Origin: Octopus vulgaris
Taxonomy: Eukaryota
Length of the DNA: 64,000 nucleotides
NCBI GenBank assembly: GCA_951406725.2
Contig: OX597832.1
Coordinates: 2,852,001 to 2,916,000 of the forward strand
Reading direction: 5' to 3'
Under the pieces are notes generated by a model, which was not told the DNA's origin, ran no database searches, and was given only the letters and a program-made list of their open reading frames with translations. A program made the translations under genes and the position numbers. This document shows positions 51,211 through 64,000 of this stretch, piece after piece; within the stretch, counting starts at the first letter, position 1, and each line of letters opens with the position of its first letter.

Positions 51211-54200
51211 ATTTTGTTGGTGCTTTTTCTATTCCTTTAAAGGAAACTGTGTGTATATATACACACACAGACAGATGCTTATATGTTCTTATATATGTAT
51301 GTTCTTACATATGTATATGTATCATCACCATTTGCTTTTACATCTGTTTTTCCATGCTGATAATTTTTTCCAAGACTTTTACCAACCCATACCCGTTTTT
51401 CAAGAAATATATCTTTATTTCACCAGTTCTCACACTTTTAAACTGAGAAACTGATGAAGTTGCTGAAACTATGTTTGTTTTCTGGAGGATGTAAACAATT
51501 GCACTAATTTTACTCAAGCAGTGCTAATGAAGACATTTGGAAACAACAATCACATATACAGAATTGCATTACTTGAAGTTTAATAAATCTGAAATAAATC
51601 CCAATCAGATAGTTTTTTTTTTCTTTTTACTTATCTGTGTGTGAAACTTCAAGAAAAGTAATTGTGAGTCAAACTATTATTACAAATAAACCACATGAAA
51701 TGTGTTGAGTGGTCTATTTTTTTTTTTTTTGTGTGTGTATATAGTGTATCAAGGAGGCTTCATGAGATTGTGATTTCTGTTCCTGGACTGGGTAGAAAAA
51801 TACTTCATCGCATGTTGTTCTGCGATTACTTCAAAGATATGAGAAGAAAGCACAACTAAATGCTATAGAATTCTTTACATAGAAAAATAAAAGATTAATG
51901 ATGCAGCACAATGATAAACTATACATAAAAAAAAGTAAATACCTGGCTGAAAATAAACCTCTATCGGCCAAATTAATTGGTTGAACTATGGGAAGCAGGT
52001 CAACCAAAACCAGGTAAATTTCGAGTTAGAAACCAGACAAGTAGTAGCACCTGGCTGTCCATATTGTGAGTTGGACATGGAAGCTTACAACTCACCCCAT
52101 AATATAGCCTTTATAGAAACGGTGCCAAATGCAGCATAAGGTTTTGCATGAAGATTCAGTATGTATAAAGCTGTTAATGTTAGTATCAACACACACACAC
52201 ACACAAACACACTTATATATGGTGATTTGTATAAGAGTGGTTATGAATCACATTAGGAGGATGTGTTGTAGAGGATGTAAATGTCTTTTGCTATAGCCTC
52301 AGGCCAACAAAAGTGGATTTGTTCATAGGAAACTGAAAGAAGCCTGTTGTAAATGTGTATGTGTGTTTATATTTGCACTTCTCTATTGGTGTTCTTTCTC
52401 TTGATAACAAATCATCTGCTGACTTAGCACATTTCAAAGATAAATGGAATAAGAGACCTCTTATTTGAAAATACATAAGGGCTACTGACAGTAAGTGCAT
52501 CTGGACATAAAACAATGCTTTAATATATTTCCTGAACCCATGCTCATGTGGGAAAAAGGATATAAACATGAAGTAGTATTAGGAACATTCATTCTGTTCA
52601 ATTTCACATTTCTTTTATTTTAAGATATCTTAGAATGAATTAAAATATTTCTTCTATTTTCAAAGCAACTAAGTATTTATTTATACCTGAGGTTGTTACC
52701 AATCATATGACAGTTTGTGATATAATGGTGGAAATATATTTTAGTCACTGTGACCTATATTACATAACATAACTTAAGTACAATAAATATAATCTTACTT
52801 CCTTCAAAATCATGGTGAATGAATACTAGTTAACTGTATACATGTTCACCCATCCATCCTTTTATTTTTGTCAGCTGCTGTTTCAAAGAGGGTCATACAA
52901 GTAGAGTCCTTGGCACTTCCTTCATAGGGGCCTATCAGAAGCAACCATCATTGAAACTTCCTGCTACATTCCCAAGTCTTACAAACTGAGATAATGGATA
53001 TTATCTTACCATCTTGCTCATAGTCTACTCCGAATATTAATTTTCAAAATAAAAATATTAAATTAGATTAAAATAAAATTAAAACAAATCCCTAATTTGT
53101 GTATTTGCAATAAATATTTATCATTAGTAACAATTAACTACTCATAACAATATACTGTTTATCAATTAATTACAGACTGAAAGCATAGCCTGTGTTGTGT
53201 CTGCTACTCATTGAAAAGTGAAAGAAATTGGAACACAATGATTACTTAATGCACTTTATGTATACACTTTATATACTTTATGCACAGTTTTATAGACTTA
53301 ATGCACAACACTCATGAAATAAATATTCAGTCTTACTTTTCCGTTTTCCCCATAAACAAAAAAAAAATATCTCATACATATGATACAACCTTTAGTTAAA
53401 TTTCATATATCTGCCACATAAATAAGCATGAATATTTCATGGAATTGCACTTATGTACATGCATTAAGTGATAGGTGATATAAAATCTTAGTCCAGCTAC
53501 CTCGTATTATAGATGCTTTTCTCTCCCTCTTCACCTCATCCTCTTTTTCTTTCTCCTCTCTTTCCCTTCAGCTAATCATGTGAAAGCAGTACAATTACAT
53601 TCCCTCTACCTTACATCATTGACGCTTCTCTCTCCTTCTTTTTCTTTAATCATGGGAAAATGTTACTGAGGGGCTACGTAATGCAATGACAAGCAGAATT
53701 ATTATAAAATGTAACATAATCTGTTAAAATAGAAGTGGCAATAGCATGTTCCCAACATTACATTTCACATGATAAGCAATACTAATTAGCACATTGTAAT
53801 CAAGGGAAGTAAATCTAATAAAATCAAAATTATCTCCCTTTGGGGATTAACACAGAAGGGGAGAGAGATACTGCCAATTATTTTTTGTGATGTAGTTGAG
53901 ATGTGGCATCCAGCCATATCCTCTTTTCAGCAATAAATTACAATAATATTATTGTATTGCTTTGTATTCATGAATACACTTGGTTTTCCATAATGTTTTA
54001 TCCATTGTGTACTTACTACCTTCTAGATAATGTTTTAATGCTACTATTATAGTCTGTGAGACTGTGTATGTATGTGTTGAGAGAGAGAGAGATGGAGAGA
54101 GAGGGGTGGACAGCATAACTATGTTGTTTCAAATATTATATATACTTTTGTGTCTTTATTAATAACTCAGCTCTCTGAAAATATGTACATCTTTTGGAAA

Positions 54201-54244
54201 TGACTTTATATACCTATAACAATTGTTTGTACAGTACAAATTAT

Positions 54245-57080
54245 CATCATTATCATCATCACCATCATCATTTGATGTCCGCCTTCCATGCTGGCATGGG
54301 TGGTATGGTTTGACAGGAGCTGGCCAGGCAGAAACCTGCATCAAACTTCTGTAACTGTTTTGGAAGAATTTTTACGGCTGGATGCTTTTCCTAACACCAA
54401 CCATTCAGCTGGGTGAACTTAGTCCTTTTGTAGGTGGCACAAGCACAGACGAGGTCAGTTTTGACAAGCTTTTTACAGCTGGATGCCAAACACTTTACAA
54501 TGTGGACTGGATGCTTTTTACGTGGCACCTGCACTGACAGGGTCACCAAGTACCTTGCAAGACAAAATAAAAATATTTTGAGAGGGCATTGGAGGAGGTG
54601 ATCTTGTATCAGATGATGAAAGGTTATATTGAGATAGAGACAGAAAGAAGTATCTTGTTGTAGAGGAGGTACAAGGTTACCCAGCTGGTTAGAGAGAGAG
54701 AGAAAGAGAGAGACAGACAGACAGAGAGGGAGAGAGAGAGTTCAGGAATGAAAACAGAAACAGGTGTGCTGCTGTAAAGGAGATACATGGTTACCCAACC
54801 TGAGGGATGTGCAGGAGATGGAGAGACAGAGAGTGTGGGAGACAGCAAGATAGAAATGGTGGCAAAGTGCTAGGAATACTCACAAAGGATGGGGGTCAGA
54901 GTATAAATGTGGTGGTTGAGTAAAGGAAGAGAGAGCGATATAGATGGTGGCAAGTGCCAGAGCATACCTCTGAGATTTGAACATCATAAGTGGCAGGATT
55001 TTGCAAAAGAAGCTTGATCAGAGAATGTGGAGATGGAAGCGAAGTGAGTGGCAAAAACCTGGGTATATATAGAGTGGTGGCGGGTGGGGGGCTACCGGAT
55101 AGCAATGATACAGAAAAACAGGGCTGTGAGGACAGGATTGGGGAGTAAGAAGTAGGCATAATGTATGAAAGAGGAATTGCAAGGAAGAGAAGAGATGCAG
55201 TTTGGTTTGTTGTGTTAGGGTGTGTGAGAAGTTTTCTTGTTAAGTGTGGGTAGGACACACAGCGCATCTAGAACTCAGTTTTGCTGATGTGGGCAGGTCT
55301 TCTCAAGAACCTCATAGTGCCAAACGTCTTGGTCCATTGTCATTTCCTCCATGAGGCCCAACTTCCTGAGATCAGTCCTTACCACTTCATCCCACATCTT
55401 CCTGGGTCTCTCTCTTCCATGGGTACCATCCACTTTCAGCAATCAACACTTCTTTATGCAGCTGTCCTCATTCATATGCATCACATGTCCAAATCAATGT
55501 AGTCTCCTCTCTTGCATGTTACATTTGATTCCTCTTATGCCCAACTTTTCTTTCAATACATTTGCACTTTGTCGTACACATGCACTGATGTTGCACTTCC
55601 GACAGAGCATATTACCTTTATTTCTCTCCAGTTTATGCATGTCTTCTGCATTCAGAGCCCATGTCTCACTACCAGGGAGTATAGCCCTTTGCACACAAGC
55701 ATTATACAGTCTACTTTTCACTCTGAGAGAGTCCTTTTTTTACCAACAGAGGTAGTAGCTCTCTGAACTTTCCCAACCCAATTCTTATTCTAGAAACAAT
55801 ACTTTCAGAGTATCCTCCACTATTGCTAATTTGGTCATCTACGTAACAGAAACTATCTACAACCCCAAGAGAGCCTCCTGGGCATTTGAGAGAATCTAAT
55901 TCCCATGTGTTCTTAGTGCTTATTGTTCCTGCACATCTTCCACATACAAAGATGACTTTATCTGTTAACTACCTGTGATTCCACTGCACCTCTTATGCAT
56001 CCATAGTTTACATTGGGCACAGCATATGGAATTTCTTCCAACTCCTTTCCTACATACTGAGCAGGACCATTTACCTGATGGAATGAGAGTTTTGTCTTCT
56101 TTCTAACTACAGTTTGGTCTTTGTAAGGTTAACTTTAAGGACCTTTGATGCCAGATTTTGTTTCCATACCTGGAATTTCTTCTCCAATTCTGCTTAAGAT
56201 TCTGCAATAAGAGCAAGGTCATCAGTATATAGCAGTTCCCAGACACCTAGTTTTGAATTTCTTTGTTATGACCTGGAGAACTATAATGAATAAGAGTGGG
56301 CTGAGAACTGAGCCCTCGTGAACCCCTACCTGTACACAAAATTCATCACTGTATTCATGGCTGACTCTCACCTTACTGACAGAATCACTGTACATGGCTT
56401 TTACAGCTCTAACAAGCCACTCCTCTACTCCTAACTTCCTTAGAGACCACCATATAACAGAGCTGGGAACTCTGTCGAAACCTTTCTCCACATCAGTGAA
56501 GGCTAAGTACAATGGCTTACTTTTGGTCAAATACTTTTCCTGCATGCTGTAGAACATTTGCATATCTCTTACCTTCAGCTATTCCTTTTGCTATGTGAAC
56601 CTGATGCCTAGCTGCCCTTTTTGCTACCTGATATAATTCTCTGCTTCCATTGTTTTTCCAGTCTTTCCAGGCCTGTCTTTTTGCTTTTATAGCACTCTGC
56701 ACCAACTACAGATTTTGTCTGTAGCCCTCAGTAGATTGTCCTGCAGGTACTTCCAATTGTCCTCTAAGCTATATGTCCCCCAACTCTTCTTCTCTTTCAT
56801 CAGAAGCTTTTTCTCTATTTGCTGGGTCTTTGAGCCTCCATAGTCTTCTTTCCCAGATTGGTTTATTTCTCCGAGTTTTTCTAGCTCTAATTCTGAAGCC
56901 ACTAACTAGTAACTTATGTTGGGTTGTACATGCTTCACCTGGAAAAACTTAGTATTTTTAAGGATCCATCTATCTTGTTGCCTGGTAAGGAGGCAGTCAA
57001 TCTCCAGCAGTTTTGTTCCCTCCTCATTTCTAGGTCCAAAGCCATAGCTCCCATGCACTCCTTGGAATCCATGGTGATAC
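54245..57080 (-). mobile_element. RTE LINE (RT remnant, long GA-rich 3' region, tail)
   Basis: LYLAFTDVEKGFDRVP, VGVHEGSVLSPLLF, LYNACVQRAILPGSETW; related 3' regions at 39900-40500 and 44400-45150 (+). Confidence 0.9.
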
Positions 57081-57641
57081 TGTCCAAAGTTACTAGTTTG
57101 TAATTTCAGAATAAGAGCTAGAAAGACTCAGGGAAATAAACCAATCTGGAAAAGAAGATTATGGAAGCTCAAAGACCTAGCAAACAGACAAAAATTTAGA
57201 GATTCATTAAATATGATGTGTTGTCTTCCACTGTTGACCTGCTCTGGCTTATTCAAGTATATTACAGTAATTTGCTTTACAACAAGCTGTTGCTAGTAAA
57301 AACCTGCTGATAGCAAGTGTCACACTTAGACATCCAGAAACAAAGTTTCATCCATACTTCTAAATACGGTGTTTTTCTTTAGATATGCTTTGTTTTGTGG
57401 GGAGTATTTTCAAATGTTTAAATCTGTAGTGTATTTTTCAAGTAGACTTATCTCTTTACTCCAACTATTTCATGTTTCATTAAGTTTTCTCATAAAATAT
57501 ATATATGTCTATATATATATATATATATAAATAATAGTAAATCCAAATTAATGAAGAACAAACAAGAAAAAAAAAACAAACAATGCGAGTACATGGTACA
57601 TGCAAAGTATTAGCAGATGCTCAGGGAAGGAAAGAAAGGTG

Positions 57642-57676
57642 GTTTTACCTTTCGAGCAAAGCTCTTCTTCAGAAAC
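57642..57676 (-). ncRNA. Minimal type I hammerhead ribozyme motif (probably degenerate) in a Penelope pLTR-type repeat
   Basis: minus strand GUUU-CUGAAGA-A-GAGC UUU GCUC-GAAA-GG-UA-AAAC: stem I, core, stem II and GAAA present. Confidence 0.6.
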
Positions 57677-57908
57677 AGGAGACAGAGGAAAGTGCAAGAT
57701 AAAAGGAAGATCGCCAACAATTCACATGTGATTACATTTTGAAAATGTATATATATATATTATTTAATGAACACAATATATATTTTTATGAGCTACTACT
57801 AGTTTCATGTAATGAAAACATCTCAGAGTTTTATATGCTGCCTCCTTGCAATCCTAAGGCTCTGCCCACATGGAATATATATTGGTTAGTAGTTCATAAA
57901 TATGAAAT

Positions 57909-58151
57909 ACCTAAAGGGTTTTTGGTTATGGTTAGTCAGAAAGTGACCATTGATTTTGCACCTATAAAGTTCTTAGCAGTGTAAGTAACTCGTCAAACTT
58001 GTTGGCTAGAGGCACATAACCTCTCTACAATTGGAGGTAGGAAAAAGTCTTGGTTAGTCAGTGTCACCAACAAGTTACCTATACTGCTAGGAACTTTATA
58101 GGTGCCAAACCAATGGTTGTTCTCTGACCGACTATAACCAACAACCCTTTA
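57909..58151. mobile_element. MITE with ~80-bp TIRs, Kolobok-like ends
   Basis: (C/T)TAA|AGGGTT...GCACCTATAAAGTTC(T/C)TAGCAGT inverted at both ends. Confidence 0.75.
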
Positions 58152-60171
58152 AGTATATTGTGTGTGTGTATTCTATCAAGTGTATATCTGCTAAACCATA
58201 TTCATATCTTTGACATTCTTTCATCTCCTTATTGTTCATTTTTCCAATAACCACTTCCTTAAGTCATGTCTTCATCACTTTCTCATATGAATGTGTGACT
58301 TCTCCTCTTCTCTCATCCCATTCACTCTGTTTCTTCCATCATATTCTCTTTCATTCATCCAGCCTGGTTTTTCTCCTGTCATTGCTCTAACTCCTATTTA
58401 ATTTCTTAATAATGCTTCCTTGAGTGCATGTACACATCAAGTGTGTAGTGAGTACTTTTTACTCTTATAGTCTACAAATCTGTCCTTCTCAGGATGTTGC
58501 CATGATAAAATGCATCCAGCAAACTCTATAGAGTGGTTGACAAATAAGTAGAGAAAGTATTGGGTCAAGAAGTCTCTTTAGTCCTGTCTTGTTGAAAATA
58601 TGACAACCTCTCTAGTGCTGTTGTATCATGATAAAATGTACTTGAAACACTCTGTAAAACTGTCAGTGATTGGAAGGTCATTCAACCATTGAAACAAAAC
58701 CAAAAATAAAATATTTGAACAAGATATGGACCTCCCATTTGCCTATGAAGATAATGGTTCTCTATAAATCTAACCGAAATTGTAATGACCCACCCAACCC
58801 ATGCCAGCATGGAAAACAGACATAAAATGATATTTATACACACATAAACACACACATATATTACATTCATACACACACATTTATAAGCCAGTATACCACC
58901 ATCATCTCATCATTGTTTTAATGTCTATTTTCCCATGCTTACCTGGAAGAGTGTCTTGTGGCAGATTTTTCTATAATCAAATGCCCTTCCTGTTGTCGAC
59001 CCTTATCTATTTCCAAGCCAGATAAAAATGCCCTTGTCTGTTGAACAACAAACAGACTACACATAGATATATGTTTACAATGAATTGGAAACAAACCTCA
59101 CTATTTGTATGAGCATTTTGTTTACACAGATTGTGCAACTTGTCAAGATATGCTTCAGAATTTTTATGTTTTAATTTTTTTATGTGTAGAAAGTCAATTT
59201 TTCCTCTGTATTTCTGTACTTTTTGCATTTACTCTGTTATTTGATTAACCATGACCTTGTTATGTGGTACAATAAGATTTTGATGATTTATACCCATAGA
59301 TTGGATTTTGAATTAAGTGGTTACTAACTAGAATGGCCCATTTGACAGATAATTAAAAGCATTTATCAAGTGATTCTACCAACAGAAATAATGACTTCTC
59401 TGTACATCACACAGATTGATGCATATCTTCATACACCTTTTTCCTGATGTGTGATTCATTAGTGTCAGGATCATTTCAGTTTATATCCATTTAATTTTAA
59501 AATAGTCTATACATATTTGGGCTGCTTTTGATAAAATTCTGTCATTTGTAGATATAAATGGAGTACTCTTCTGATGGACTAAACAAATTGAACAATATTT
59601 ACCATTCCAGCATTTAGGTTTAAGAAGACATATCTAATTGGTCAAAACTTTGGGACTGATCAAAGGTGATTAGATCTGAGCAAACATTGCATATATTAAG
59701 ATAAAAATAACATCTCAGTGATGTAAATTCATGTGACTTATTGTGAATATGTAATTGTGTAATTATACAGCATATTAGACACTGGGCCAAGGATTCAAGT
59801 ATATTCTTCCTCTAAATACTAATACATAGTTCTGAATACCTACTTGGCGATTCACTTTACCAAAATTTAATCTCGCTGATGATATGAAAGTAGGCTGAAA
59901 TGTTTAGTTATTTCATGTACTTGCAATGAGTAAATAATAATAATAATAATAATCCTTTCTAATATAGACACAAGACCTGAAATTTCAGGGAGGTGGATAG
60001 TTGATTAGATCAGTCTCAGTAATCAACTGGTATTTATTTTATCAACCCTCACAGGATGAAAGGCAAAGTCAACCCTGGTGGAATTTGTAATCAGAATCTA
60101 AGGTTGGATGAAATACTGCTAAGCATTCTGCCAGCTTACCACCTTAATAATAATATTATTATTATTATTAT

Positions 60172-60715
60172 CCTGGAAATATGGATACAAGGTAACGGAT
60201 GCTTGGTACCAACATACACCAGAAAAGGTAATGAATAAAAAGGGGAAGGCAAAAATTCTCTGAGACTTTCACTTCCAGACAGACAAGATGTTAGAGCATC
60301 GAAGGCTGGAAAAAGTAACCTTTAGGAGGGGCAAATGAGAGTCCCTAATAATCGACATGTCAGTGCCAGGGGATCAACATATTATCATGAAAGAAAGAGA
60401 AAAGATTGATAAATATCGTGACCTGAGAATTGAGATTACCAAGATGTGGCAGGTTGTCCCTGTTGTCATCAGAGCATTGGGTTCAATACTGCCCAATCTG
60501 AAAAACCATCTGGAAACTTTAGAAATACCCTACAATCTAGGTATATTGCAAAAATCGGCATTACTTAGAACTGCATGCATGTTGCATAAAGTACTGTCTG
60601 TCTGAGGTCCTTGTAACTTGACAGACAGTACCCTAGTAGACACAATATCTTCAATCAACAACATCACAATATTGGATGATATGCAATGTCTTAAATAATA
60701 ATAATAATAATAATG
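60172..60715 (+). mobile_element. R4/Dong-type non-LTR 3' end (RLE domain) between (TTA/TAA)n tracts
   Basis: KIL*DFHFQTDK.LEHRR, IIDMSVPGD...KEREKIDKYRDL...VVPVVIRALG...LQKSALLRTA. Confidence 0.88.
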
Positions 60716-61340
60716 GTTTCAAATCTTGGCACAGGACCAGCATTTTTTCTTTTTGAGGTGATGGAGAAGTCAATTACATTAACTCCAGCACTTGACTGAT
60801 ATTTATTTTATTGATCCCAAAAGGATAAAAGCATAGTTGATCTCAATGGAATTAGAATGCAGAACTGGAAGAAATGATGCTAAGCTTCATCCTTAATCAA
60901 GATATCTGGAGGTCTCTGTTAACTTGTTTTTCAGGTTATTGGGACATAGTTCTTTTACAGTGATAATTTTAAGTGCAAGATGTGTAAGCTCTCGTTAGTA
61001 AGATTAAAAGTTCACTTTAGCAAACATCTGAGACTCTTTGCAAATACAGAAGGCTGCAGAAAAACAAATAGCCAACATCATCTGGTTTGCTCAACAAATT
61101 CCAATCAAATCTATCAGACTAATTTGTTCCTGTTTTAAATTATGTTTTCTACAACTAGTAGCAGAGTGGAAGCAGTTGAGTCACTTGGGTGGTGGTTGTG
61201 GCCAGAGCATTTACTAAGAATTTGGCATTCATCTTGAATGTAGTAGAGATGAGCACATTTACGTCACTCTAGAAATAATTATCTGTACCAGACACAGTAA
61301 AATGTGTTAGGTTTACACTTGCTTTCAGCAGAAATGTAAT

Positions 61341-61512
61341 TACCATATTTTAACGTGTATAAGAAACTCCCTAATTTTGTTGGCTTAAAATTTGGAAAAA
61401 AGGTTTTGTAAGGGATTACAATACTAACCATGTATAAGAAACTCCCATATTTTTTAACCTAATTTTTGACAAAAACAAAAAGAGGGTTCCTTATACACGT
61501 TAACATACGGTA
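61341..61512. mobile_element. Tc1/pogo-type MITE (TA TSD)
   Basis: TA|CCATATTTTAACGTGTATAAG ... CTTATACACGTTAACATACGG|TA. Confidence 0.85.
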
Positions 61513-61762
61513 ATTTGAACAATGTCTAGGGGAGACAAAAACACCCTCTAAAATCTAAAAACAATAAGCAATGAAGATAACTAATTAGAAGAATTGATCA
61601 AAACTTTTGGAGAAAAAAAAAGCAGATTGGAAAGGATCTGATTTCTAAAGTTAATAGGGGAAAACAATGAACTCAGCCATGTTAGATGTCCCCGGGAAAG
61701 CTTTTTCTACATAGTTGACAAGATTAAGAGTGTCTGTCTAGTTAACTACATAGAGAGATGTT

Positions 61763-62100
61763 GGCGATCCTTCGATATATCCCGACAAAACCAAAACAAA
61801 CACTTGGCTGTTTCCATGACAACTCAACAATTCACTTCGGAAATCTTCGTGACCTCTATGTGTGCGCATGCTTGTTCTTATCTGTGTGTGCATGCTTGTC
61901 CTTATCTGTGTATGTGCCTGTTCTGTTTACACACACACAGACAAGCACAAGCATGCACACACAACCCATTAGCTTTCTTCTCCTCCACCCATTCTAGCAG
62001 CTGTCACAGAGGTCACGACATCCGAAGTGAATTGTCGCGTTGTTACGGAAACATTCGAGTGTTTGTTTTGGTTTTGTCGAGTTATATCGAAAGATTGCTG
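61763..62100. mobile_element. Palindromic MITE with ~95-bp imperfect TIRs
   Basis: TTCGATATA..CGACAAAACCAAAACAAACAC...AATTCACTTCGGA..GTGACCTCT mirrored at 62007-62095. Confidence 0.85.
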
Positions 62101-63405
62101 AGATGTTAGCTGATTTTTTTTGTAGTTATCTCCCTTACTTTTTTTTTTTTTTTTTGTCATTTTACCGTTCTAAACAGTCCTAGCGAGAGTGTCTACCTAT
62201 GAAATTACATACTCGTAATTAATTTAGATCATTTGAATGACTTCAGTGGAATATCAACTAGATAAATGAGAGGAGGCAAGTTAGGTTGCTCTGTGGGGAG
62301 AACATTTTCAGCAACTTAATATATCACATTTTTTTTTTCTTTTACAACAAATGATTCTTGCTAATACATATCACCATAAGTCTCCTTAAATCTAATTGTT
62401 TATATTCAGAGAAAATGTCACAAGTCATATCGATTAGAGAGTACATGCTTATTTCAACAAGTTTAATGTTTTCATTATTTCAACAGAAACTGAACATATT
62501 AAAGCATCTGACTTGTACTGGAATATATGATGGTAGTGCACACATGTACAGATGTTGTACTAGGAAACAAGTATTGCTTTCCAAACTCAGAGAATAAAGT
62601 ATTTACTAGAGCAAAGATTATCTGTGATAAACCAGATAATGTTTCTCAATTAATAGTTTCATTAAAATGCTTCTGGTCTGGTTTAATCTTGACACTTAGA
62701 TAAACAGAAACTAAGATGAGGTGAAAGCTAGGTTGAAATCCTCAGTTAGAAATGGACCATGAATTATCTAACTGTAAAAAGTAAACAAACATTGGAAATA
62801 TCTCCATCATTCTTGTAGTTTAATACTGACTTTGTTGTAAATGACTTGAAAGTATTGTTTATGCACCCAGCCATTGTTTGAGTACCTATGCAACAAATTT
62901 GGAATTCTGTATATGATGTAAACTGCTGTCAGATAGGTCCTTGCAAAGATTGTCCCTCTAATTTCCTTTGATTAGGTTGGTCTTGTGGTTTTTCTCTGTT
63001 TGGTAAAAGACTGGTGGTGTGCATACTACATAAAGAGATATTTCTTCAAAATACTTGTCACTTACCTAAAACATTACTCACTTAGATCAGTGACAAATCA
63101 CATGAACTGAATATGTACTGATGAACTCACATAGAGTTTGAAATACAAAATGCTAAGTAACCAACTAAACAGGAGTCTTTAATGAGATACTTCTTATTTG
63201 TCTGTCTTATGTTAAAATTATTATTTTTTTTTTGTTGATAATCTTTTCTGCACACAGAAAAACCATTTAAGCGGATGTCACAACTGAATGATAGTATCAA
63301 TGACACAAAACATTATGTACAGAATACCAGACACATTCAAGCAAATAACTTTTACATTCATGAGTGATAAACCATAACCATTTTCTTTCTTTCTCTTTTT
63401 TTTAG

Positions 63406-63490
63406 GATATTGATGTTTGAAGAAAAAAACAAACCAAAGGAACAACCAAAAGGACCGCCACCCAAGCGAGATCTAAGCAATCTTCCATGA
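63406..63490 (+). CDS. AIF1: AIF1-like last coding exon (85 nt): ILMFEEKNKPKEQPKGPPPKRDLSNLP*
   Basis: long pyrimidine tract + AG at 63404-63405; phase 2 matches the donor at 9685 (TT|G = Leu); typical AIF1/AIF1L C-terminus ILMFE...GPPP...LP; TGA 63488-63490. Confidence 0.94.
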
Positions 63491-63618
63491 TATGAAAGAC
63501 TGTCAGCAGCTCTGGTTTGGGAAGCACCATTTAAAAAAGTGTTATAGTCTCGTTATGGATTAGACATCCAGCTCATTTGCTGATAAATTCTATTTTTTTA
63601 AAAAAACAAGGAACAATC

Positions 63619-63628
63619 AATAAATAAA
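63619..63628 (+). promoter_or_regulatory. Candidate polyadenylation signal(s) of AIF1 3' UTR
   Basis: overlapping AATAAA at 63619 and 63623, another at 63870; AT-rich context so weak evidence. Confidence 0.35.
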
Positions 63629-64000
63629 CAAACGAAAAAAAGTATTTACAATTTTAAACCATCTAAAATTACATACTTTCAATTTATCCATATCAGAGCT
63701 GCTTCAAGTGACAAGGCACATATATATTTTTTGTTGATATCTTGTTTTCCTCTTTTTTGTTTTCCCCCACCAAAATACAATTTAAATTATAATTGATATT
63801 ACACATTCTTCTCCAGTAAACATCTGGATTCTGGCTAGTAATTTCAAACCCATTTTATTTGACTAATTTAATAAATTTTCCCTAACAGAAGAAAGACAAC
63901 ATTATTTTTTTTTTTGTTTCTTTAAGTAAATTAAACAATCAATGTAACCAAATATAAGTCGGGTCACTTGCAGAAAATCATATTGTTGGATGAGTTAATG

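Noticed and set aside
51451-51486. CTGATGA-AGTTGCT-GAAAC as a hammerhead ribozyme
   Set aside because: Stem II is only 2 bp and stem I does not pair properly after the putative cleavage triplet; likely chance.
60935-60983. Possible small + strand exon (ttttcAG ... GTaagc) as a missing AIF1 exon
   Set aside because: No AIF1 similarity, and the AIF1 reading frame is already complete without it.

Overview
Eukaryotic, AT-rich, microsatellite-rich genomic DNA; the SINE, RTE and Penelope content points to an octopus or other coleoid cephalopod (inference). The one host gene I can support is an allograft inflammatory factor 1 (AIF1/Iba1-like) EF-hand gene on the + strand. Four coding exons (3315-3381, 5050-5091, 9522-9684, 63406-63490; 67/42/163/85 nt, GT-AG, phases consistent) splice to ...QFLDDIAYRDIEDLEEKLIRYKSQFMQFDQDVSGDLNIMDVKRMLERLGQAKTHLEIKKMIEQVDRTGTGVITYHDFVFMMIGKKSGILKLILMFEEKNKPKEQPKGPPPKRDLSNLP*; the 5' exons lie upstream of the window. 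The last intron is 53.7 kb and filled with decayed transposons: Gypsy, CR1/L2-like, RTE, R4/Dong, Penelope, Merlin, mariner, Tigger, many MITEs and SINEs. CRE-like and Helitron remnants sit in the upstream introns. Most notable: a nested stack of Merlin (IS1595-like) elements with resolvable 8-bp TSDs; a CpG-retaining domain at about 13-22 kb with candidate nested exons; an inverted LINE pair able to form long intronic dsRNA; and minimal hammerhead-ribozyme motifs in Penelope-type repeats. I found no convincing evidence for a wholly new protein-coding system.
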